Shown one piece after another: positions 57,064 to 64,000 of a stretch of 64,000 nt of DNA (position 1 is its first letter; every line of letters starts with the position of its first letter). The stretch is from positions 14,852-78,851 of the forward strand of contig JBJKQO010000027.1 in NCBI GenBank assembly GCA_046705145.1. Reading direction: 5' to 3'. The position numbers and the translations under genes were made by a program. The notes under the pieces were generated by a model. It saw nothing but the letters and a program-made list of their open reading frames with translations, did no database searches and had not been told where the DNA came from. The stretch is from Candidatus Woesearchaeota archaeon (GTDB taxonomy: Archaea; Nanobdellota; Nanobdellia; Woesearchaeales; JBJKQO01).

Positions 57064-57335
57064 ACAAGAAAAGAGACAGGCTTGAGGTCATATTTGACAT
57101 ACTTAAGATAATAAGTAGTAACCATAACTCTATCAAGCCCACTCCTCTTCTTCGGCAGTCTAACCTTTCTTCCAACAGCTTCGCTGAATACTACAAGGAG
57201 CTTGAGGCAAAGGAGTTTGTCAAGGAGATAACAGACAGGAAAGGAAAGAAGTACATAACCCTGACAGACAAGGGCTTCAAGTACCTTGAGAAGTACAGGC
57301 TTATTCTAGGTTTCATAGACGAGTTTGAGCTGTGA
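57051..57335 (+). CDS. small winged-helix DNA-binding protein
   Basis: 94 aa. Helix/turn/helix plus wing pattern (LLRQSNLSSNSFAEYYKELEAKEFVKEITDRKGKKYITLTDKG). Confidence 0.45.
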   Translation: MGKMNKKRDRLEVIFDILKIISSNHNSIKPTPLLRQSNLSSNSFAEYYKELEAKEFVKEITDRKGKKYITLTDKGFKYLEKYRLILGFIDEFEL

Positions 57336-57348
57336 GTAGGAACAGAGA

Positions 57349-57498
57349 AATTCTAATAATTGGGGTCAGCATCAATTTGCGAGGCTTATCACCTCCCTCA
57401 TCAAAAGAGTTGAGGGGGACGCCCCATCCGGGGCTTCAACGATTGAAGCACAATCTGAAGCACAGCCGAGCCGATGCTGACCCAAAATTAACAATCCT
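57349..57498 (+). mobile_element. Family-2 MITE-like element, copy 5 (short form)
   Basis: The 5' 24 nt (GGTCAGCATCAATTTGCGAGGCTT) and 3' 23 nt (GCACAGCCGAGCCGATGCTGACC) are identical to copy 1. Shares the internal CCCCATCCGGGGCTTCAACGATTGAAGCA block. Terminal inverted repeats CTAATAATTGGGGTCAGCATC / GATGCTGACCCAAAATTAACAATCC. Confidence 0.6.
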
Positions 57499-57554
57499 CC
57501 AAAAAAAACAAAAGCTTAAATACAAGCGATGCGAGTTTGCGTTGACGATATATA

Positions 57555-58052
57555 ATGGATTCAAAGGTTGATGAGCTAAAACGCGCATATTCCCTGCTTG
57601 ACTCATTCGTGTCAAGGACAGGAGGGATGAGCCAGAAGGCTCTTGACCACGCACATCTTCTTGCAAGCATAGCTTCCCGCGCACATGAGAAGGACCTGAA
57701 GAGCTGGTCTGAGAAGCTTATAGAGCAGATCGAGAAGGGAAACTATGAAAATTCTATGAAGATAATCGAGGCTCTTAAGCAGAAGACTGCTGAGATGATC
57801 AAGGCTGCTGAGTTTAAGAATAAGGAAAGTGTCTCGCTTCCTGAGATGCAGCTTTTTGAGCTTGTCAGGTGCAGGAAGTGCGGTGTCATGATACCTTCTG
57901 ATTCTAAGTTCTGCGGCAAGTGCAAGGCGCCGCACCAAAAGGAGCAGGCTCATAAGAGCATGCTTGCGAAGAAGAAATGTTTCAAGTGCAGGAAAGTGAT
58001 ACCGTCAGAATTCTCGTTCTGCTGTTACTGCGGCGAAAAGCAGATAGGATGA
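57555..58052 (+). CDS. double zinc-ribbon protein, hypothetical
   Basis: C-terminal CRKCG..CGKC and CFKCR..CCYCG motifs. Confidence 0.45.
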   Translation: MDSKVDELKRAYSLLDSFVSRTGGMSQKALDHAHLLASIASRAHEKDLKSWSEKLIEQIEKGNYENSMKIIEALKQKTAEMIKAAEFKNKESVSLPEMQLFELVRCRKCGVMIPSDSKFCGKCKAPHQKEQAHKSMLAKKKCFKCRKVIPSEFSFCCYCGEKQIG

Positions 58053-58145
58053 TCTGGCACTAAAGATGTGCGCCATCCTAAGGCCCGGGCATAAGGAGGA
58101 GCCTGGGAAAACTATAAAAAGGATTAATCCTTTAGATAAAAAGAT

Positions 58146-58604
58146 ATGAAATACAAGTACTCTCTGATCTTGGGAAGCATCGCTTTCATCCTATCCGTAA
58201 TCGTGTTCTTCTGGTCAAGCTCTATTGTTGGCTATATCCTGAAAGTCTTGTTTGTAAGTGGCTACTTCTTCCTGCTCGGATTGTCAATAGATAAGAAAAA
58301 AAGGATCTGGCTGGTTGTGATTATAGGGGTTATTATTGCATTATTAATCCTGTTTTTCATATTGACGTTCGGGTTCAAGCACACTGCAGAGTGTTTCCCG
58401 TTCGTGTATAAAAACGTATTCACAGGTGAATGCGAACTAAAATGTGGCGGCTTATCTTCCAAACATCCTATCTGGTACTGGAAGCATGTGCCTGATGATC
58501 AAGATTGTTTTGATGAGGCTGTAGAAAAGGCGTGCAATAATGATCCAGAATGTATAAAAAAAGCAAAAGAAGAAAGAATGATTATGCATTTTAGAATACA
58601 ATAA
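58146..58604 (+). CDS. membrane protein with a Cys-rich extracytoplasmic C-terminal domain, hypothetical
   Basis: 3 TM helices, then 8 Cys in ~70 aa. AT-rich gene. Confidence 0.4.
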   Translation: MKYKYSLILGSIAFILSVIVFFWSSSIVGYILKVLFVSGYFFLLGLSIDKKKRIWLVVIIGVIIALLILFFILTFGFKHTAECFPFVYKNVFTGECELKCGGLSSKHPIWYWKHVPDDQDCFDEAVEKACNNDPECIKKAKEERMIMHFRIQ

Positions 58605-58624
58605 AAAACAAAAAAATTAAGGGA

Positions 58625-59677
58625 TCAAATATCCCTAAGTCCTGCTTCCTCGACCATGAAGGATGCTTCTCCGTCTGCAAGGTTTGGAGCGTCGATCAGT
58701 TTTGCTACCCTGCTTCCTTTCTTGCCTTTTCGAAGATATATCCTGAAGGTTGATGCGTGAGCTACAACGTGCCCGCCGATTGCCTGTGTCGGGTCTCCAA
58801 AGAACTGGTCTGGCTTTGCCATCACCTGATTCGTTACGTAGACGCAGATGTTGTAGTTCTGGGCGACTTTTGCAAGGTCTCTCATGTGGGAATTTAGTTT
58901 CTGCTGCCTTTCAGCAAGCGTTCCTCTTCCTATGAATTCCGCCCTGAAGTGCGCTGTCAGGGAGTCTACGATAAGAACCTTGACTTTCATGCCCTTGTTT
59001 ATCAGGTCTTCTACTTTTTGGGCGAGCAGTATCTGGTGGTCTGAGTTAAATGCTCTTGCGACCTTTATGTTTGAAAGTGCCTGCTGCTCGTTTATGCCAA
59101 GGCCTTTTGCAAGCTGGACTATCCTTTCAGGCCGAAAGGTGTTCTCGGTGTCTATGTACACTGCCACTCCGTCAGGATCGTCTTTTTGGCACTGGACTGC
59201 AAGTATGTGGCCTATCTGTGTCTTTCCTGAACCAAATTCGCCGAAGCATTCTGTTATCGATCCTGACTCAAATCCTCCTCCCATGAGGGTGTTAAAGGTT
59301 TCTGAGCCTGTTGAGATCTTTTTTATGAGCTTTCTTTTCTCAAGTATTTCCATGCCTGACTCAAAGCCCATCTCCATAGAGTTTCTTGAGTAGTTGATTA
59401 TCTTTCTTGCCTGCGCCTCGCTCATCCCTGAGGATTCTGCGATCTCTGCTGGAGATGCTACTGCAACGCTCATCACTGTTGCAAAGCCTGCTTCCCTCAG
59501 CTTTTCTGCAGTTGTTGCTCCTACTCCTGGAAGGTCTTCAAGCGAAAGCTCTTTTTTTCTTGGAGCGCATTCCTGCTTCTTTACGGGCTCTGATGCTTCC
59601 TGTTCAATCTCCTCATTATCGTCATCCATCATTGGCATGATATCCTCATCCATCACCTTTTTTGCTCTTGTAGCCAT
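58625..59677 (-). CDS. radA: DNA repair and recombination protein RadA
   Basis: N-terminal HhH (LEDLPGVGATTAEKL). Walker A GEFGSGKTQ; Walker B VKVLIVDSL. RecA/Rad51 core. Confidence 0.9.
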   Translation of the reverse strand: MATRAKKVMDEDIMPMMDDDNEEIEQEASEPVKKQECAPRKKELSLEDLPGVGATTAEKLREAGFATVMSVAVASPAEIAESSGMSEAQARKIINYSRNSMEMGFESGMEILEKRKLIKKISTGSETFNTLMGGGFESGSITECFGEFGSGKTQIGHILAVQCQKDDPDGVAVYIDTENTFRPERIVQLAKGLGINEQQALSNIKVARAFNSDHQILLAQKVEDLINKGMKVKVLIVDSLTAHFRAEFIGRGTLAERQQKLNSHMRDLAKVAQNYNICVYVTNQVMAKPDQFFGDPTQAIGGHVVAHASTFRIYLRKGKKGSRVAKLIDAPNLADGEASFMVEEAGLRDI

Positions 59678-59761
59678 ATTAATCTTCCTCCTTATTTATT
59701 TTTTTGCATAGCTTGGTCTAGTTTGTATTAAAAAAATAAAAAAATTGAGAGCGTGAAGAGC

Positions 59762-60061
59762 TCACATGATCTCTTCTATCTCTATGTCATCTGAATCATC
59801 TGATCCAGTGCCGTCTCTTAAGACAAGATACTCATATGCCTTGTTCAGCACGAGCGCTGCCTTTGGCAGGTCGTTCACCCTAAGAGAATTTGTGGACTTC
59901 CATGTTCCATCCTTGTCTTTGTAGCGCCTCTGGATGGATATTGTCCTATACTCGCTTGGCTCGCCTGTCTTGGCAAGCCCTTTATTTTTCCACACTGTAG
60001 CGTTTATCGCTCCAGTGCTAAATTTTTTTTCTGGTCTGTTGTCTTCTGACACTCTGACCAC
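59762..60061 (-). CDS. PC4/YdbC-like putative ssDNA-binding protein
   Basis: 99 aa. TVWKNKG..RTISIQRRYKDKDGTWKSTNSLRVNDLPKAALVLNKAYEYL pattern resembles the PC4/YdbC fold. Acidic C-terminus. Confidence 0.35.
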   Translation of the reverse strand: MVRVSEDNRPEKKFSTGAINATVWKNKGLAKTGEPSEYRTISIQRRYKDKDGTWKSTNSLRVNDLPKAALVLNKAYEYLVLRDGTGSDDSDDIEIEEIM

Positions 60062-60242
60062 CTCCTTGCTGTTCGCATCTTATTTCAAACTCCCTTATAT
60101 TAGGAGGAGCTGGCCTCCAGGGAGTGGGTGGGTAAGCGGCCGCTTACAATCATATATTAGGCGGGCTTTCTTTATATATGTTACGCGCAATTGTCCAGTG
60201 AGATTTCCGAAGTTGCAGGATTTTTTAGCAAAAATGCATACT

Positions 60243-61055
60243 TCAGTAAAGATTCAGTGTTTTTTGCCTGAGCTGCGCAGCATAAGATATTGGGTTAAGC
60301 GCAAGCCCGTCTTTTGCTGTTACTATCTGGACTCCTGTCTGTTTTTGGATCTCTCTTGCCTCATACATTGGGTCTGATGAGAGAAGCTTTGCGCCAAAAT
60401 GGGTGATTACCGCAAGCTTTGGCTTGACCTTTTCTATTATCTTGACAGCATCCTCAGAATTAAGGCCTTCTTTTGGCTTTTCGCTGAAAGGATGGGTGAC
60501 GTTCATGATAAGTATGTCGCAGCCAGAGTACGTCTTGACAACGTCAGCAGAGTACCTTGTGTCTCCGGTGTATACCATGTTGAATTTTGGAGTCAAAAAC
60601 TTGAAGCCGAGAGCGTCAGGGTCTGAATTTTTGGTCGGAAGCGCTTCGATCTCTATGTTTTCTATCCCTACTTTCTGGCCTGGCTTGACTGTTATGACCC
60701 TTTCGACAAAGTTTTTGTGCTTGTCTGAAAGGTAGGGCTTCTCTTCTTCTGTGCCATTAGCAAAGGAGTTGTTTGAGATAAGGACTCCTTTCCTGTCAAG
60801 CCCGTCATGTGTCATTGCAGATATCATGACATTGACATCATTACAATGAAGAAGGCTTGTGTTTGAGACAAATATCCCCATGGTCTCCCTCGGATGGACT
60901 GCGTGCTGCGCCATCTTGACAAGCGAGCCTGGTCCAGGGTCTATGTGGAACTGGTGGCTATCCACCTGGAGCACTATGCCTCCAGAAGCTCTTATCTGCC
61001 TTCCGCAGACATAGCTGTCCCCTGCTGTACCTAAGAATATTATCTGAGATTCCAT
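60243..61055 (-). CDS. MBL-fold metallo-hydrolase
   Basis: 270 aa. HxHxDH-like motif (LLHCNDVNVMISAMTHDG region) and C-terminal ITHFGA. Confidence 0.65.
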   Translation of the reverse strand: MESQIIFLGTAGDSYVCGRQIRASGGIVLQVDSHQFHIDPGPGSLVKMAQHAVHPRETMGIFVSNTSLLHCNDVNVMISAMTHDGLDRKGVLISNNSFANGTEEEKPYLSDKHKNFVERVITVKPGQKVGIENIEIEALPTKNSDPDALGFKFLTPKFNMVYTGDTRYSADVVKTYSGCDILIMNVTHPFSEKPKEGLNSEDAVKIIEKVKPKLAVITHFGAKLLSSDPMYEAREIQKQTGVQIVTAKDGLALNPISYAAQLRQKTLNLY

Positions 61056-61147
61056 CGATTCTCCCCCTCTGGATTACACATAATTTCCGATATTAATAAA
61101 GATTTCTATATGAGAGGAGAAAGATAAGGGATAAGAGGTGCTTTTGG

Positions 61148-61360
61148 TTATTTTAGAATTAGATATAAACTAAAACCCATTAAAAGAACCCCCCCTATTA
61201 TCCTTAATATTTGTTGGATAAGGATATATCTTTCTCTTTTATGTTTTGAAAGTTTTTTTGATTTCACTACAGGGTCAAAAGCTAAAACAAGAGGTTTACT
61301 AAAAAAGATTATGGCTAATCCGATTATACCCAATATCCAAGGAAAATATCCATATTCCAT
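61148..61360 (-). CDS. small two-TM membrane protein, candidate immunity protein for the upstream RHS toxin
   Basis: 70 aa from the internal ATG (MEYGYFPWILGIIGLAIIFF). Immediately downstream of the RHS C-terminal toxin domain. AT-rich. Confidence 0.3.
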   Translation of the reverse strand: MEYGYFPWILGIIGLAIIFFSKPLVLAFDPVVKSKKLSKHKRERYILIQQILRIIGGVLLMGFSLYLILK

Positions 61361-61388
61361 TATTATTACCTTAAAATTTAGTTGATAT

Positions 61389-62639
61389 TTATTTTTTACT
61401 ATCTTTTGTATTGTCTTCATTCGAATCTTCATCATTCGGTTTAGATGGGTTATATACTGTACCAGGAGTACCATATACCGGAGTACCATCTTCCGTATAT
61501 CCTACTATCTCAACATTGTTCCAAGTTCCCCCACCTGTTTTTCTTATTCTTATGTTTTGGGCATTTTCTTTTATTGAAAATTGATTAAGATTTCCTGAGT
61601 TATCGATAAAAAGGGCCTTTTTTATTTTTGTTTCTTCTTTTTCTTTCCTTTTCTCTTCTTCATAATCATATAAAATATCGAATCCAGCAGATGTGAATGA
61701 CTGTGTTCTTAAACCTTCTTTGAATAGTTTCTCTAAGAAAGGTTTTGCGTACTGCCCCAAAGGCCCTGGAATAGGATTTGCAGTTACTAAATCAAAAACA
61801 TCCAATACTAAAATGGCCTTATTTACATTATTTGGATTTTCCTTGTAATCTATAATATCAATCCCAATTGATGCTATGTCGGCGGCACTTTCAACAATCA
61901 TATAAGCTGCATATAAACTTACTAACTCATGCCCATTTTCATCCACATTCTTATAAGAGTTCCCTCTCTCAAACATATACCTGTTGAGAGATTGAGGGTC
62001 GTAAACATTTGGGATGACCGTGTCTGGTTGAGTAAATAAAGCCCATTCCGGTTTATACTTCCTAAAGTTGAAGTCTGTGTCTCCCACGACCGTGTCATGT
62101 TCTTTTGCCTCGTATCCATAACGTGAAGCCCTTCCTCCTTCCAGAACCTGTCCCATTGGGCTGTAAGAAGTGTTCTCCACAACTGTTCCGGATTCGTCGG
62201 TTACAACTGTATTAGACCCTAGGTTGTCAGATGCAATAAAATACTTGCTCCCATCTGGATTCTTCTGAGCTACCAATTGCCCTTCTTGATAGATATATGT
62301 TGTGTCAAAGGTGCCTGAGCTGTTGATGACCCTTACATAGTTTTTGTTGAGGTAGATGACTGTTTCCTTTAGCGCTCCGCCATCATAAGTCTTTTTGATC
62401 AGCACGCGTTCTTCTGTTGGATGATAGATGTATTCCTGCAAAAGGTTAGCTGGAACAGCACTACTACCATTATAGACCTTGCTTAATTGGTTCAGGCTAT
62501 TATATACCCTGAACTTACCATCTCCAGTCACAAGGTTACCGTTAGCATCATAAGTCAGGTTCAGCTCAGTAGCAAAGCACACTGGCACTAAAACTATCAA
62601 AAAGCAAGATAAGAGCACAATGCTCCGTATGACAAACAT
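61389..62639 (-). CDS. secreted RHS/YD-repeat protein with an RHS core and a variable C-terminal toxin-like domain
   Basis: Signal peptide MFVIRSIVLLSCFLIVLVPVCFA. YD repeats (YDANGNL, YIYQEGQL, TSYSPMGQ). RHS core signature RYGYEAKEHDTVVGDTDFNFRKYKPEWALFTQPD...NVYDPQSLNRYMFERGNSYKNVDENG. About 180 aa of unique C-terminus. Confidence 0.7.
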   Translation of the reverse strand: MFVIRSIVLLSCFLIVLVPVCFATELNLTYDANGNLVTGDGKFRVYNSLNQLSKVYNGSSAVPANLLQEYIYHPTEERVLIKKTYDGGALKETVIYLNKNYVRVINSSGTFDTTYIYQEGQLVAQKNPDGSKYFIASDNLGSNTVVTDESGTVVENTSYSPMGQVLEGGRASRYGYEAKEHDTVVGDTDFNFRKYKPEWALFTQPDTVIPNVYDPQSLNRYMFERGNSYKNVDENGHELVSLYAAYMIVESAADIASIGIDIIDYKENPNNVNKAILVLDVFDLVTANPIPGPLGQYAKPFLEKLFKEGLRTQSFTSAGFDILYDYEEEKRKEKEETKIKKALFIDNSGNLNQFSIKENAQNIRIRKTGGGTWNNVEIVGYTEDGTPVYGTPGTVYNPSKPNDEDSNEDNTKDSKK

Positions 62640-62746
62640 ATTCCTAATAGGACACACCCCCTTAAGAAAAAAAACAAAATAACAAGTATATAAAATGTTA
62701 GGCCCCACTTGAATCAAGTAGTAAAAATTCAAAAAAAACAATATCC

Positions 62747-63499
62747 TCAATACAGTTTCATCACTTTTCTCAGCAGGAGCGAGAATATCATCGAGAATAT
62801 TATGTAGGTTCCGAGCCATCCTGGCTGCCAGCCAAGTATGCTTAGTGCTCCAAATGGCTTGGATTTCTCATAAGATATCGTGATGCTCTTAAACGAGTTC
62901 TTGTAGCGTTCTTCCACCTTGCCGTATTTTTCTGCATCTACCTTCAGCTCTTTTTGGGCGAGATCTGAGTTATGCTTAAGATCAAGCAGGTATGTTCCGG
63001 AGTCTGCCGAAAGCGTCCAGTATACAGTGTTGTCTGATATCTCTTTTTCTGCATCAGAGATTATGGTCACGCCCTCAGGCACTGTTATCTTGACAGTCCC
63101 TACCTCGCCTGATCTCATGTTTGCGATGACGTTGAATTCCTGTCCTGGCTGGATCGGCTCGTATGCTATGTTTGCCTGCAGCCAGCCGAATATGAGTATT
63201 ATAGGGAGAAAGGTAAAAAGTGTGGATTTAAAGCTCTGCTTCATGTATTTCATGTTTGCCTGCATTATCTTCTGCTGGACCTTCATAGCCTTTTCAGGCT
63301 GGGTCCTGAGCTCTTTTGCCTTCTTCTGCAGGTCTTTCATCTCGTCTTTGAGCTGCTTCATCATAGTCTGGTCAGTGGTATACTTGTAGATTATGGTTAT
63401 TATCAATGCTATGAAGAAAGATATTATGATCACTGCTGCTGCTAGCGGAAGCCTAAAAAGCGGTCCGAGCACCGGATTAAGTATGTCATTTAGTACCAT
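62747..63499 (-). CDS. DUF106-like membrane protein (archaeal YidC/Oxa1/EMC3-type insertase fold) with an inserted extracytoplasmic domain
   Basis: TM1, then YKYTTDQ plus a Lys/Gln/Met-rich coiled coil, TM2 (FLPIILIFGWLQ), a ~100-aa insertion, then TM3. Confidence 0.5.
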   Translation of the reverse strand: MVLNDILNPVLGPLFRLPLAAAVIIISFFIALIITIIYKYTTDQTMMKQLKDEMKDLQKKAKELRTQPEKAMKVQQKIMQANMKYMKQSFKSTLFTFLPIILIFGWLQANIAYEPIQPGQEFNVIANMRSGEVGTVKITVPEGVTIISDAEKEISDNTVYWTLSADSGTYLLDLKHNSDLAQKELKVDAEKYGKVEERYKNSFKSITISYEKSKPFGALSILGWQPGWLGTYIIFSMIFSLLLRKVMKLY

Positions 63500-63552
63500 T
63501 GTTTCACCCCTATCCCTTCAGCAGAACATATTTCAGTTATAAATGTTTTGGT

Positions 63553-63640
63553 TTTTGGGACGCTGTTGAAATTTTAGGTAGCATCAATTTGCGAGCTTCT
63601 TTACATCCAAGATCAAGGCTGGCCCGGATTCTTTTTCTAC
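63553..63640 (+). mobile_element. Family-2 MITE-like element, copy 6 (5' half only)
   Basis: CTGTTGAAATTTTAGGTAGCATCAATTTGCGAGCTTC is nearly identical to the copy-3 5' end. No 3' terminal inverted repeat was found within 150 nt. Confidence 0.35.
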
Positions 63641-63996
63641 TAATGGATATTTTCCTTTTTCAGCCTTAAGAATCTGGTTAAGGTCATGACCAAAAATGAG
63701 AAATTTAAGATGATGATGATCCCTAAGTAAAGGATCATGCTTTCGCTCGTGGTATATGCGACCTTCAGCAGGAAATGCACAAATGGTGCGTTCGGATCTT
63801 CGACCAGCTCTTTTTTGAAGATAGATAAGATGAACCTTACAGGACCAAGCTGGGCTGCTATAACCATCAATAGCCCTATAACTGCTCCAAAAGATTCAGC
63901 AACCGCTCTAAAGATTATCAACCTCCTGTTCTTGACATTTTTGGGTATGTCTACAAATTCCAGTCTTGCTTGCGCGGCAATTATGTCATAAAACAT
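63640..63996 (-). CDS. membrane protein, hypothetical (N-terminus may lie beyond the window edge)
   Basis: 118 aa with two TM helices. The ORF reaches to within 4 nt of the window end. Confidence 0.3.
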   Translation of the reverse strand: MFYDIIAAQARLEFVDIPKNVKNRRLIIFRAVAESFGAVIGLLMVIAAQLGPVRFILSIFKKELVEDPNAPFVHFLLKVAYTTSESMILYLGIIIILNFSFLVMTLTRFLRLKKENIH

Positions 63997-64000
63997 AGAT

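Noticed and set aside
1-64000. tRNA/rRNA genes
   Set aside because: No T-arm GTTCRANYC-type motif in a cloverleaf context, and no rRNA-like conserved stretches, were spotted by eye. Absence is not proven without tRNAscan/Infernal.

Overview
Archaeal chromosomal window, about 43% GC. The archaeal assignment rests on archaeal-type pheS/pheT, radA, a class-I CCA-adding enzyme, a split transketolase and a TrmB regulator. A chemotaxis MCP suggests a euryarchaeote-like organism. Housekeeping genes: DAHP synthase, pheST, radA, cca, an ABC export unit. Between about 16.6 and 46.8 kb lies a roughly 30-kb surface-glycan island. It carries GT9, GT4, GT2 and GT-C glycosyltransferases, a Wzx-type flippase, and a complete nucleotide-heptose pathway: GmhA isomerase, HldE-like kinase, a nucleotidyltransferase fused to GmhB phosphatase, and a GT9 heptosyltransferase. 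It also carries a split transketolase, ADH and SDR oxidoreductases, two radical-SAM enzymes (one SPASM, one B12-binding), epimerases, a ROK kinase, and secreted sequon-rich proteins that are candidate glycoproteins. Accessory content: a VapBC pair, an RHS/YD-repeat toxin module with a downstream small-membrane-protein candidate immunity gene, an orphan NurA-like nuclease, and several ORFs with anomalous codon usage. Two families of dispersed structured repeats stand out. Family 1 is a ~100-150 bp nested-palindrome element in 3 copies; one sits inside the pheS-pheT operon and supplies the pheS stop codon, and two flank a single secreted-protein gene. Family 2 is a MITE-like element with long terminal inverted repeats built around GGTCAGCATCAATTTGCGAG, in at least 6 copies. 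No rRNA, tRNA or CRISPR array was detected by eye.
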